Below are positions 1 to 8,289 of a DNA stretch of 32,000 nucleotides, one piece after another. Made by a program: the position numbers and the translations under genes. The stretch's first letter is position 1, and every line of letters starts with the position of its first letter. Source of the stretch: Candidatus Methylomirabilis limnetica (lineage in GTDB: Bacteria; Methylomirabilota; Methylomirabilia; Methylomirabilales; Methylomirabilaceae); assembly GCF_003044035.1 (NCBI RefSeq), contig NZ_NVQC01000030.1, positions 61,957-93,956 on the forward strand, written 5' to 3'. The notes under the pieces were generated by a model. The model saw only the letters and a program-made list of their open reading frames with translations, ran no database searches and was not told the DNA's origin.

Positions 1-1
1 G

Positions 2-349
2 ATCGCCCGCATGGTCGCTGGGCGCGACATCGGACGATTGTTGTACTATCAGGTCGGCTGGCTCAAGAATCAAGGGACGAGGTGCACGCGCGAGGTCAGC
101 CTGGCCAAGTGGATGAACTGCGACAACGCCTTCCGGGCCGCAGATGATGCGGTTCAGATTCATGGGGCGTATGGCTACAGTGACGAGTTCCCGGTTGAAC
201 GCTACTTCCGCAACGCCCGTGGGTCGTTGATCTACGAGGGCACGCAGGAGATCCACCAGTTGATTCAGGCGGAGTATGCGCTGGGCTACCGTACCAACAA
301 GCCGCTTTCACGACCGCTGCCACCCTATCCGTTTGAGGGGGACGCGTAA
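2..349 (+). CDS. acyl-CoA dehydrogenase, C-terminal fragment (5' end outside window)
   Basis: ORF is open to the window edge. AVQIHGAYGYSDEFPVERYFRNARGSLIYEGTQEIH matches the conserved C-terminal helical-domain signature of the ACAD family. The stop overlaps the next start (TAATG at 347-351). Confidence 0.85.
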   Translation: MARMVAGRDIGRLLYYQVGWLKNQGTRCTREVSLAKWMNCDNAFRAADDAVQIHGAYGYSDEFPVERYFRNARGSLIYEGTQEIHQLIQAEYALGYRTNKPLSRPLPPYPFEGDA

Positions 350-1539
350 TGGCCGGCGCACTGGACGGTGTGCGGGTCCTGGACCTGTCGCGGCATCTGG
401 CAGGACCTTACTGCGCGATGATGTTGGGCGACCTGGGTGCTGATGTCATCAAGATCGAACGCCCAGGCGTTGGCGACGAGTCACGCCACTGGGGGCCGCC
501 GTTTTTTAGCGGGGAGTCGGCCTATTACCTGTGCTGCAACCGGAATAAGCAGAGCCTCACACTCAACTTCAAACACGAACGCGGCCTTGCCCTTGCCCGT
601 GAACTTGCGCGAGGCAGCGATGTGGTCATCGAGAACTTTCGTGTCGGCGTCCTGGACAAACTCGGTCTGGGTTACGCGGAGCTGAAAGCCATCAACCCGC
701 GCCTAGTGTACTGCTCTATCAGCGGGTTCGGGCATACCGGCCCCGACCGCGAGTTAGGGAGCTACGACTTTCTGATTCAGGGTCGCAGCGGCCTGATGTC
801 GATCACCGGCGAGCCCGACGGCCCGCCCATGAAGGTCGGGGTGGCGATCGCGGACGTGGCCGCCGGCCTGTTCGCGTGCAGCGCTGTCCTTTCGGCTCTT
901 TTTGCTCGGGAGCGAACCGGCGCTGGACAGCATCTTGACATCGCGCTCTACGATTCGCAGATCGCGGTACTGGCAAACGTGGCAAGCAACTATCTCTGCT
1001 CTGGCGAGATACCCGGGCGTTGGGGCAACGCGCACAAGAGCATCGTACCGTACGAAGCGTTTCAAGCAGCGGATGACTACCTGATCCTGGCCATCGGCAA
1101 CGATGAGCAGTGGCAGCGGTTCTGTGTCGCGGCGGGTGTCGCCGCATGGGCACAAGATGCGCGCTTTGCGACTAATCCGCAACGCGTCGCGAACCGCGAG
1201 GCGTTGATCCCCCTACTGAATAGCCTGCTCAGCGGTAAGACGGTTGCCGAGTGGCTGCGGCTCTGCGCCGAGGCTGATGTTCCAGCTGGACCGGTGAACA
1301 CGTTCGACAAGGTCTTCGCCGACCCGCAGGCGGATGCGCGAGGGATGCTCGTCCAGATGCCGCACCCCACGTTAGGGACCGTACGGCTGGCCGGCACGCC
1401 CCTCAACCTCTCCGCGACGCCGGCCGAGATGCGCCTGCCACCCCCGCTCCTGGGCGAGCACACCGACGCGATCCTCAGAGAGGTCCTTGACCTGGGTGAT
1501 GATGCGATCTCCGAGCTACACCGCGATGGGGTCGTGTGA
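349..1539 (+). CDS. family III CoA-transferase (CaiB/BaiF/Frc-like)
   Basis: 396-aa ORF. N-terminus RVLDLSRHLAGPYCAMMLGDLGADVIKIERPGVGDESRHWGPP is typical of family-III CoA-transferases. Translationally coupled to the upstream ACAD gene. Confidence 0.9.
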   Translation: MAGALDGVRVLDLSRHLAGPYCAMMLGDLGADVIKIERPGVGDESRHWGPPFFSGESAYYLCCNRNKQSLTLNFKHERGLALARELARGSDVVIENFRVGVLDKLGLGYAELKAINPRLVYCSISGFGHTGPDRELGSYDFLIQGRSGLMSITGEPDGPPMKVGVAIADVAAGLFACSAVLSALFARERTGAGQHLDIALYDSQIAVLANVASNYLCSGEIPGRWGNAHKSIVPYEAFQAADDYLILAIGNDEQWQRFCVAAGVAAWAQDARFATNPQRVANREALIPLLNSLLSGKTVAEWLRLCAEADVPAGPVNTFDKVFADPQADARGMLVQMPHPTLGTVRLAGTPLNLSATPAEMRLPPPLLGEHTDAILREVLDLGDDAISELHRDGVV

Positions 1540-1566
1540 AAATGAGCAGTAGAACCTTTCAAGGTG

Positions 1567-1584
1567 CCCCGCTGGCCAGCGGGG
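1567..1584. other. perfect 18-nt palindrome CCCCGCTGG/CCAGCGGGG downstream of the CoA-transferase
   Basis: Read directly, 28 nt after the stop. No U-tract follows, so it is not a canonical intrinsic terminator. Confidence 0.3.
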
Positions 1585-1802
1585 ATCTGGGTTGAAGGGG
1601 GCTACATGCCCGCGCCTGAGTTGTTGGTTATCATCCATAGCTAACGACAAGGATATCCAACAGTTGGTTCCTGTGCAGGCGTTGCTGTCAAAGGTATTCC
1701 AAGGGGTGTGTCATGGATATCGTGTCGCATGTCACGCACCAATATCGTAGAGTCCCTCCAGGAAATGTCGGCTAATATCTGTTAGCAGTATTGGAGATAT
1801 GA

Positions 1803-2021
1803 ATGGAAGTTGCTTATTCGGTAAATGGTGTGCCGATACGACTAACTTATGAAAGATGGTACCATATTGTCGAAAATCACGATGATTTGGCAAGCTGCTT
1901 CTATGAGGTACTTGATACTGTAGAGAAGCCGGATATTGTTGTTCGTGGAAACAAGGGGACTCTGAAGGCTGCGAGAAACATCGGAAGGAGAAAGTGGCTG
2001 GTAATAGTATGGCGACAGTAA
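1803..2021 (+). CDS. small hypothetical protein, putative toxin-like partner of the DUF2283 gene (possibly truncated)
   Basis: 72-aa ORF in a markedly AT-rich patch. The pattern (I)RLTYERWYHIVENHDDL...VLDTVEKPDIV...WLVIVWR resembles small proteins I remember encoded upstream of DUF2283 genes; those are usually ~100 aa. It overlaps the next ORF. Confidence 0.4.
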   Translation: MEVAYSVNGVPIRLTYERWYHIVENHDDLASCFYEVLDTVEKPDIVVRGNKGTLKAARNIGRRKWLVIVWRQ

Positions 2022-2260
2022 CAACCAAGAGAACGGTGGATTTCATCAGTAACTGTGTTGCAGTAGCGACCGACATGCTGAAATTACCAACGCAACATGT
2101 GTGGTTGGACTACGACAAGGAGGCAGATGTGCTCTATATGAGTTTCCGCAAACCTCAGCGAGCTACCACAACGATTGAAACGGACGATGATATATTGATA
2201 CGGAAAGATGGGAAGAATATCGTTGGTCTGACGATATTGAATGCGAGCACTAGACAATAA
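1994..2260 (+). CDS. DUF2283 domain protein (putative antitoxin-like)
   Basis: C-terminal 60 aa VWLDYDKEADVLYMSFRKPQRATTTIETDDDILIRKDGKNIVGLTILNAS fits the DUF2283 pattern (YD.E.D.LY..., G.IVG.EIL.AS). The start is uncertain: GTG 1994 after GGAAGGAG, ATG 2009 or ATG 2075. Confidence 0.65.
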   Translation: MAGNSMATVTTKRTVDFISNCVAVATDMLKLPTQHVWLDYDKEADVLYMSFRKPQRATTTIETDDDILIRKDGKNIVGLTILNASTRQ

Positions 2261-2327
2261 TAAGAATTCCGCTAACCAATCGTTCCAGCGGATGCGGATA
2301 AAGCCCCGCACCGCTGAACTCTGCGTT

Positions 2328-2545
2328 GAGGCTGTAGAAAAACCTCCTCGCGAAGAGCACTCGCCATAGGACGCGATATGAGCGACGATCGTCCGAAATC
2401 TGACGCTTTGCCCAACATCGGCGGGATCGTGGCCTCTCGCGGCTCAGAGAGAGCCGCAGGCTCGGCACCATTGGGCAGCAAGGAAAATCATGATCTGTTG
2501 CTGAGGCCTCGAAAGACGGGGTTTTCAGAGTTTTTCTACAGCCTC
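2328..2545. repeat. 218-bp segment bounded by a perfect 16-nt inverted repeat (GAGGCTGTAGAAAAAC / GTTTTTCTACAGCCTC)
   Basis: Arms at 2328-2343 and 2530-2545, read directly. The 186-nt interior has no convincing ORF. Confidence 0.4.
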
Positions 2546-2576
2546 GTTATGTGACCGGAGATTGTCTTGGGCTTGG

Positions 2577-2924
2577 CTATGGCAGATCCTGCGCAATTCT
2601 TAAACCGTCACCGACTTGGGCGAGAAGTTCGGGTGGAAGTATCCCGGCAAGCGAGGTCAACTTACTTCGATCAAGCGTCGTCACTTGGTGGCAGAGCGCG
2701 ACACTGTCTTTCTTCAGGCCGCCTGCTCCTGCCGGGAGCAGCACGGTGGTCGGTCCACGTCGCGCCTGGGAGCCGGATGTGGAAATGGGGACCACAATGA
2801 CGGATCGCCACCCTGGGGTCTGGTTAAACGCATCGTGCGACACAACAATGACCGGCCGGGTGCCTTGTTGTTCGGATCCGGATCGTGGGGAAAGGCTGGC
2901 CCAATACACCTCGCCTCGCTTCAC
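2577..2924 (-). CDS. mazF: MazF/PemK-family endoribonuclease toxin
   Basis: MKRGEVYWASLSPRSGSEQQGTRPVIVVSHDAFN...VIVVPISTS...LCHQVTTLDRSKL matches the PemK/MazF fold signature. There is a 4-nt overlap with the upstream antitoxin ORF. Confidence 0.85.
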   Translation of the reverse strand: MKRGEVYWASLSPRSGSEQQGTRPVIVVSHDAFNQTPGWRSVIVVPISTSGSQARRGPTTVLLPAGAGGLKKDSVALCHQVTTLDRSKLTSLAGILPPELLAQVGDGLRIAQDLP

Positions 2925-3208
2925 GGGTCGGACACTCGCTCGGAGTTCTCCCAGGCATCCACCACGTGCTCAACGCTTGCTGCTTCCAAGTCCGGATCGA
3001 GATCGTCGGAGGTCCCCGCGACTTTTCGTGCGTAGCACGCAATCTCGTCATGCACGGAGGCCCGATACTGCTCGGCAAGCCAGAGATCGATCGCCTCACG
3101 GACCAAGACTGTGGCCGGTCGGTTCTCGCGTTTGGCTTCTGCGCGGAGGCGCTGATACAGCGGTTGTGGCAAGGGTACGTGCAGGTTCTTCATATCCGTC
3201 TTTGGCAT
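2921..3208 (-). CDS. ribbon-helix-helix (CopG-like) antitoxin partnered with MazF
   Basis: 95-aa ORF. N-terminal NLHVPLPQPLYQRLRAEAKRENRPATVLVREAIDLWL is a typical RHH segment, and the tail is acidic. AGGAGG lies 7 nt upstream of the ATG. The stop overlaps the mazF start. Confidence 0.7.
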   Translation of the reverse strand: MPKTDMKNLHVPLPQPLYQRLRAEAKRENRPATVLVREAIDLWLAEQYRASVHDEIACYARKVAGTSDDLDPDLEAASVEHVVDAWENSERVSDP

Positions 3209-3231
3209 GGTCTATCCTCCTGACAGTAATT

Positions 3232-3250
3232 ATGGCAGAAAAGATGCCAT
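3232..3250. promoter_or_regulatory. candidate operator palindrome ATGGCA-N7-TGCCAT upstream of the RHH-mazF operon
   Basis: Inverted repeat ~25 nt upstream of the antitoxin start. TA operons are classically autoregulated at such palindromes. Confidence 0.25.
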
Positions 3251-3446
3251 GCGTAAAGTTCAGTTGTGGGAAATCATGTAGCCGTAGTAAATTTAGTGAG
3301 TTAGAATTTGGGCATAGTGGGGTCGGTCACATAACCAGCGATTCGACCGGGCGTACGGAACGCACCGGTTAATAGCGTCCCGTTAGGAGCACCAGGGTGG
3401 TGGCCGCGACTATCGGAAACGCGGTAGTCTTGAACGACTGGATCTC

Positions 3447-3596
3447 ATGAAGGCTCGAAGGATCAACTCGAACAAGCCGCACTTGTGGAAGGCCGACATT
3501 GCGGCCCCTGTTGACCAATTCAACTCGTGGTTGCGCCTATCCGAATCGACCCGAGGACAGCAATCTCAGATCGAACAGGGCGAGCTATTCACATGA
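3447..3596 (+). pseudogene. possible 5' relic of a XamI-like type II restriction endonuclease gene
   Basis: 49-codon ORF, too short for the track. MKARRINSNKPHLWKADIAAPVDQFNSWL resembles, from memory, the conserved N-terminus (..DKP.RWKADIAQSVD.YN.WF) of XamI-family REases. Similarity then stops and a stop codon follows. Confidence 0.25.
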
Positions 3597-3732
3597 GGCC
3601 ATGGTGGCCACGCTACAGGGCCGGATCCGTCTGACGGTGGCCTCGGTGGAAGGCCATCTGTCCGCGAATTTCGCCTTCCCGTAGGGCGAATAGTCCTATA
3701 TATTATCCCTCGGAAAAGGAGAATATGCCCCG

Positions 3733-5079
3733 ATGACCCGAGCGATCCCCCGGGAGCTGAAGGAAGCCCTGACCGAGAAGCTGGCGGAGTCGCTCGCCGG
3801 GCCGCTGCCAGAGGCGACACCGCGGCGGGTGTACGGTACGGTGGCCCTGCCCGGCAAGGTGAGCGCCGTGATCGGCATGCGGCGCGCGGGCAAGACCACG
3901 TTCCTCCACCAGTTGCGTCGCGAGCGCCTGGAACGGGGCACGCCCCGGGAACACCTGCCCTACGTGAACTTCGAGGACGAGCGGTTCGCGGGCCTCGAAG
4001 CGGGCCAGCTCGGTTTTCTGGTAGAGGAGCACGGCCGCCGGTTCCCCGAGGCACGCGCGCGGGCGACCGTCACCTGGTGCTTCGACGAGATCCAGGTCGT
4101 TCCTGGCTGGGAGCGGTTCGTCCGCCGGTTGCTGGATGCGGGCGGCTGCGAAGTGATCGTGACCGGATCCTCGGCGGCGCTCCTGTCGCGCGAGATCGCG
4201 ACGGCGCTGCGCGGGCGCGCATGGGAAGTGCCGCTCTACCCATTCAGCTTCGCCGAGGCACTGCGCCACCGCGGACAGGCCCTCCCCGCCGATTCCGCCT
4301 TTCTCACCGGGGAGGAGCGCGCTCGAATCGAGCGGGCCTTCGCAGACTGGCTCGTCACCGGCGGCTTCCCCGAGGCCCAGGGTCTCGACGGCGCCGCGCG
4401 GCGCCAGTTGCTGCGCGACTACGTGGATGTGGCCATGCTGCGCGATGTGGTGGAACGCCACGGGGTGAGCAACGTGACGGGGCTGCGCTGGCTGGTGCGC
4501 CACCTGCTCGGCAACGCGGCCGCGCACTTCAGCGTGGAGAAGTTCTACGCGGCGCTGAAGAGCCAGGGCATGGCCATCTCCAAGGACACAGTACACCAGT
4601 TGCTGGCTCATCTCGACGACTGTTTCCTGGTGCGGCTGGTCTGGATGGAGTCGGCCTCGGAGCGCCAGCGGATGGTCAATCCGCGCAAGGCCTACCCGGT
4701 GGACTCGGCGCTGATCGCGGTATTCGATCGCAGCGGACGCGCCAACAGCGGGCACGCCCTCGAGACGGCGGTAATGATCGAGCTCGAGCGGCGACGCTGC
4801 GCCGTGACCTATGTGCGCACGCCGGCCGGCTACGAAGTGGATTTCCTCGTACGCGGGGCGGAAGGCGAGATGGATCTGATCCAGGTGTGCGCCGACGCCA
4901 GCGATCCGGCGACGGCCGAGCGGGAGTTGCGGGCACTCGCCGAGGCCGGTCAGATCTACCCGGGTGCGCGGCTGCGGCTGCTGACGCTGACCCGCGACGG
5001 GGCACCTGCCGAGGTGCCTTCCGGCATCCTCGTGCAGCCCGCGTACGAATGGCTGCTCGAGATTGTGAAAATCGACTAA
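3733..5079 (+). CDS. AAA+ ATPase with C-terminal DUF4143 domain (COG1373-type)
   Basis: Walker A GMRRAGKTT and Walker B-like VTWCFDEIQVVPGWE. Length and layout are typical of AAA_14+DUF4143 proteins. AAGGAG lies 11 nt upstream of the ATG. Visibly higher GC than its neighbours. Confidence 0.8.
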   Translation: MTRAIPRELKEALTEKLAESLAGPLPEATPRRVYGTVALPGKVSAVIGMRRAGKTTFLHQLRRERLERGTPREHLPYVNFEDERFAGLEAGQLGFLVEEHGRRFPEARARATVTWCFDEIQVVPGWERFVRRLLDAGGCEVIVTGSSAALLSREIATALRGRAWEVPLYPFSFAEALRHRGQALPADSAFLTGEERARIERAFADWLVTGGFPEAQGLDGAARRQLLRDYVDVAMLRDVVERHGVSNVTGLRWLVRHLLGNAAAHFSVEKFYAALKSQGMAISKDTVHQLLAHLDDCFLVRLVWMESASERQRMVNPRKAYPVDSALIAVFDRSGRANSGHALETAVMIELERRRCAVTYVRTPAGYEVDFLVRGAEGEMDLIQVCADASDPATAERELRALAEAGQIYPGARLRLLTLTRDGAPAEVPSGILVQPAYEWLLEIVKID

Positions 5080-5092
5080 AGGGAATTTGCAG

Positions 5093-8000
5093 ATGATCGT
5101 TGTGCATTCCGGAGTCTATGATGGCCGAGTGCTTCTCTGGGGCGAAACGTCTGCACAATCGGATGCTGTTCTTCCCACTAGGCGGCGCGGCCGAAAGCCG
5201 GAGGTCTCCCACCCCCCATCTCTTCCCTATGATCCCGAGGCCAAGGGGCTATCGGCGGCTCTGATGGAAGCGGGATTCAGCTTCGCAGCCGACAAAAAAC
5301 GGATCGAGACCGTGATCGCCTGGATGCCCACCATGGACAAACAGCCGGTTGCATCCAGCCCCTTGATCGCTGAGCCGCCGAAGTCCCGCGCCAAACCCAT
5401 CCTGACACCCTGGACGGTGACGACGCTTCCCCTTTCTCCCGAACAAGCAGTCGAGGTTCTATGCGCCTGCGTGGGCAAGCAGACGTTGGCGCCGGGCGTA
5501 GTCGTCGGAAGCGATCTGGCGTTTTGGGCGACGGCCATGCGCTTCGCCGCAGCGCTCGTGGCCCGGCAGCAATTTCTTCCCGGAGTGACCGACGACACTG
5601 GAACCTATCGCGCCCGCTGGGGGCCGGTCTTTGCCGGACCAGATGCCGACCGACTGGCCACGCTCGCCAAGGCCATGCCTCACATCTGTCGGGCGTTGAC
5701 TCGTGAGAGCGTCTTGCCGCCGGAGACGCCGTCACGATCTGTGCTCTGCGACTTCATCGATGGGATTGTTGATTACCTCGTCCGCTCCCCGCTTCAAGCA
5801 TGCGGGGACAAGCCTGCGCTCCTGACGCAGCCCTCACCGATCAAGTCAGGACTTGGGCGCAAGAAGCAGACGTCCACCCCTTCGGCTAGGCTCAGAGCCT
5901 GCCCCGGACTCGATCCGGGGACAGGCTTCGACAGCGTTCACGACCAGTGGCTGTACGCCCTGCGGTCCCCTCATGGGATTATGGAGGGCGACGCGGCGGC
6001 GCTGGCGCAGTTTGCCGTTCAGGTTCGCGAATGGCAACACCCGATCGCCGTCTCTACGGCCACCCCATTCCGGCTCTGCTTCCGCCTGGAGGAGCCCGAA
6101 GGCAACGGAGATGATAGTGGTGCGTGGTATGTCCGTTATCTGCTGCAGGCTGCTGACGATCCCAGCCTGCTCATCCCGGCGAAAGACGCCTGGAACGCCA
6201 AGGGGCCTCAGGCGTCGATTCTAAGAAGCGGCGGGTTCAAAGCTCGGGAATATCTGCTGTCGTCCCTGGGCCAGGTTTCGGGGATCTCCTCACACATCGA
6301 GGCCAGCCTGAAGACAGCCGCCCCGGGCGGTTACGAACTGGATTCAACCGGCGCCCATGGATTCCTTATCAACTCAGCAGCGGTGCTGGAACAGGCGGGT
6401 GTTGGGGTCCTGCTGCCGGCATGGTGGACGCGTAAGGGAACAAAGCTGCGCCTGACCGCCCGCGCTCATGTGAAGAGCCCCAAGATGCAAGGAGGCGGTG
6501 GGCTGTCCCTTGATTCGATTGTCCAGTTCGACTGGCAAATAGCCCTCGGTGGCGAGCGGCTCTCCCTCGAAGAACTCAAGGTCCTGGCGCGCCTCAAGCA
6601 GCCCCTGGTCAAGGTGCGCGGCCAGTGGGTACAGATGAACGCCGAGGAGATCCGTACAGCGCTTGATTTCTGGAAGAAGGCCGCAGGTCACGCTACCGCA
6701 CGCGAGATTGTCCGGATGGCCTTGGGTGCGGGGAAGGCGCCGGACGGCATCGCTTTCGAGGGCGTCACCGCCACAGGCTGGATCGCCGACCTGCTGTCCT
6801 CATTGGACGGGCGCGCCGCGTTTGAGTCTCTGCCCGCGCCGGACGGATTCCAGGGAACGCTGCGTCCGTACCAGATGCGTGGCTATTCATGGCTGGCCTT
6901 CCTGCGGCGCTGGGGGCTGGGAGCGTGTCTGGCGGACGATATGGGACTCGGCAAAACCATTATGGCGCTGGCACTGATTCAACGGGACTGGGAAGCAGAC
7001 GACAAACGGCCGGTGCTGCTGGTCTGCCCGACGTCTGTTGTCGGCAACTGGCAGAAAGAAGCCGCCGGCTTCACGCCCGATCTGCCCGTCATGGTCCACC
7101 ACGGCATTGCCAGAACGAAAGGCGCTGAGTTGAAGACGAAGGCGCAAAAGCAGGCCCTGGTCATCTCCAGCTACGCACTCCTGCACCGGGATTTCGAGAC
7201 CCTGAAAGAGGTGCCTTGGTCCGGCGTGATCCTCGACGAGGCGCAAAACATCAAGAACCCGGAGACCAAACAGGCGAAGGCCGCGCGGGCGCTAAAGGCA
7301 GGCTATCGCATTGCGCTCACCGGCACCCCTGTAGAGAACAACATCGGCGATCTATGGTCCATCATCGAGTTCCTCAACCCAGGCTTCCTCGGCACGCAGA
7401 GCGAGTTCAAGCGGACGTTCTTCGTCCCCATCCAGGCCAACCGCGACCAGGAGGCGGTGAAGCATCTGAAAGGCCTGACCGGGCCGTTCATCCTGCGGCG
7501 GCTCAAGACTGATAAGTCCATCATCACCGATTTGCCAGAGAAGATGGAGATGAAGGTTTTCTGCACGCTGACCAGGGAGCAGGCGTCGCTCTACGCCGCC
7601 GTGGTCAAAGACGCCACCTCCAAGCTGAACTCTTCCAAGGGCATCCAGCGCAAGGGTGTGGTGTTGGCGACGCTGTCGAAGCTCAAGCAGGTCTGCAACC
7701 ACCCGGCGCAGTTGCTGGGTGACAACTCCGCGATCCCCGGACGCTCGGGTAAGTTAGCCCGTTTAACCGAAATGCTGGAGGAGATTATCCAGGTCGGGGA
7801 CCGTGCGCTGGTCTTCTCGCAGTTCGCCGAGATGGGCGACATCCTCCGACGGCACCTGCAAGAGGTGTTCGGACGCGAGGTGCTCTTCCTGCATGGAGGG
7901 GTCTCACAGCCGCAGCGAAACCGCATGGTCGAGCGCTTCCAGGCCGGCGGTGACGGCCCGCAGATCTTTCTCCTGTCCCTCAAGGCCGGCGGCGTCGGCT

Positions 8001-8287
8001 TGAACCTGACACGCGCCAACCACGTCTTCCACTTCGACCGCTGGTGGAACCCGGCGGTGGAGAACCAGGCAACCGACCGCGTCTTTCGCATCGGCCAGAC
8101 CAAAAACGTTCAGGTCCACAAGTTCCTCTGTGTGGGAACCCTGGAAGAGAAGATCGACGAGATGATCGAGCGCAAGCAGGAGATCGCTGAGGGGGTAGTT
8201 GGGACGGGAGAGGGCTGGCTGACCGAACTTTCAACTACTGCACTCAAGGACCTCTTCACGCTACGAAAAGAAGCGATAGGGGAATAG
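5093..8287 (+). CDS. SNF2-family helicase/translocase with long N-terminal region and SNF2-associated domain
   Basis: Motifs LRPYQ, DDMGLGKT (I), DEAQNIKN (II), LTGTPVENN (III), SLKAGGVGLNLT (V) and DRWWNPAVENQATDRVFRIGQ (VI). ATG 5093 lies 8 nt after AAGGGA. Confidence 0.9.
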   Translation: MIVVHSGVYDGRVLLWGETSAQSDAVLPTRRRGRKPEVSHPPSLPYDPEAKGLSAALMEAGFSFAADKKRIETVIAWMPTMDKQPVASSPLIAEPPKSRAKPILTPWTVTTLPLSPEQAVEVLCACVGKQTLAPGVVVGSDLAFWATAMRFAAALVARQQFLPGVTDDTGTYRARWGPVFAGPDADRLATLAKAMPHICRALTRESVLPPETPSRSVLCDFIDGIVDYLVRSPLQACGDKPALLTQPSPIKSGLGRKKQTSTPSARLRACPGLDPGTGFDSVHDQWLYALRSPHGIMEGDAAALAQFAVQVREWQHPIAVSTATPFRLCFRLEEPEGNGDDSGAWYVRYLLQAADDPSLLIPAKDAWNAKGPQASILRSGGFKAREYLLSSLGQVSGISSHIEASLKTAAPGGYELDSTGAHGFLINSAAVLEQAGVGVLLPAWWTRKGTKLRLTARAHVKSPKMQGGGGLSLDSIVQFDWQIALGGERLSLEELKVLARLKQPLVKVRGQWVQMNAEEIRTALDFWKKAAGHATAREIVRMALGAGKAPDGIAFEGVTATGWIADLLSSLDGRAAFESLPAPDGFQGTLRPYQMRGYSWLAFLRRWGLGACLADDMGLGKTIMALALIQRDWEADDKRPVLLVCPTSVVGNWQKEAAGFTPDLPVMVHHGIARTKGAELKTKAQKQALVISSYALLHRDFETLKEVPWSGVILDEAQNIKNPETKQAKAARALKAGYRIALTGTPVENNIGDLWSIIEFLNPGFLGTQSEFKRTFFVPIQANRDQEAVKHLKGLTGPFILRRLKTDKSIITDLPEKMEMKVFCTLTREQASLYAAVVKDATSKLNSSKGIQRKGVVLATLSKLKQVCNHPAQLLGDNSAIPGRSGKLARLTEMLEEIIQVGDRALVFSQFAEMGDILRRHLQEVFGREVLFLHGGVSQPQRNRMVERFQAGGDGPQIFLLSLKAGGVGLNLTRANHVFHFDRWWNPAVENQATDRVFRIGQTKNVQVHKFLCVGTLEEKIDEMIERKQEIAEGVVGTGEGWLTELSTTALKDLFTLRKEAIGE
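5786..5813 (+). repeat. palindromic unit TCCCCGC-N9-GCGGGGACAAGC inside the SNF2 CDS
   Basis: 7-bp stem. 26/28 identical to 16568-16595 in hemH, and 30/33 if extended to 5781/16563. Same strand and same codon phase (RSPLQACGDK). Confidence 0.7.
5902..5920 (+). repeat. second related hairpin CCCCGGA-N5-TCCGGGG followed by ACAGGC inside the SNF2 CDS
   Basis: Read directly. The CGGGGACAGGC tail mirrors that of the 5786 unit. Confidence 0.5.
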
Positions 8288-8289
8288 AT

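Noticed and set aside
1732-2076. 114-aa minus-strand ORF in the AT-rich patch
   Set aside because: It overlaps the plus-strand pair, one member of which has a recognisable DUF2283 domain. It has no motif and no SD. I hold this rejection less firmly than the others.
2551-3372. 273-aa plus-strand ORF
   Set aside because: It is antisense to the well-supported MazF and RHH genes. The product is Ser/Arg/Pro-rich with no recognisable domain.
3703-5096. 350-aa minus-strand ORF (3703-4755) and 339-aa plus-strand ORF (4077-5096)
   Set aside because: Both overlap the AAA+/DUF4143 gene in alternative frames. They are Arg/Gly/Ala/Pro-rich artefacts of the ~70% GC sequence. Only the 3733-5079 frame has Walker motifs.
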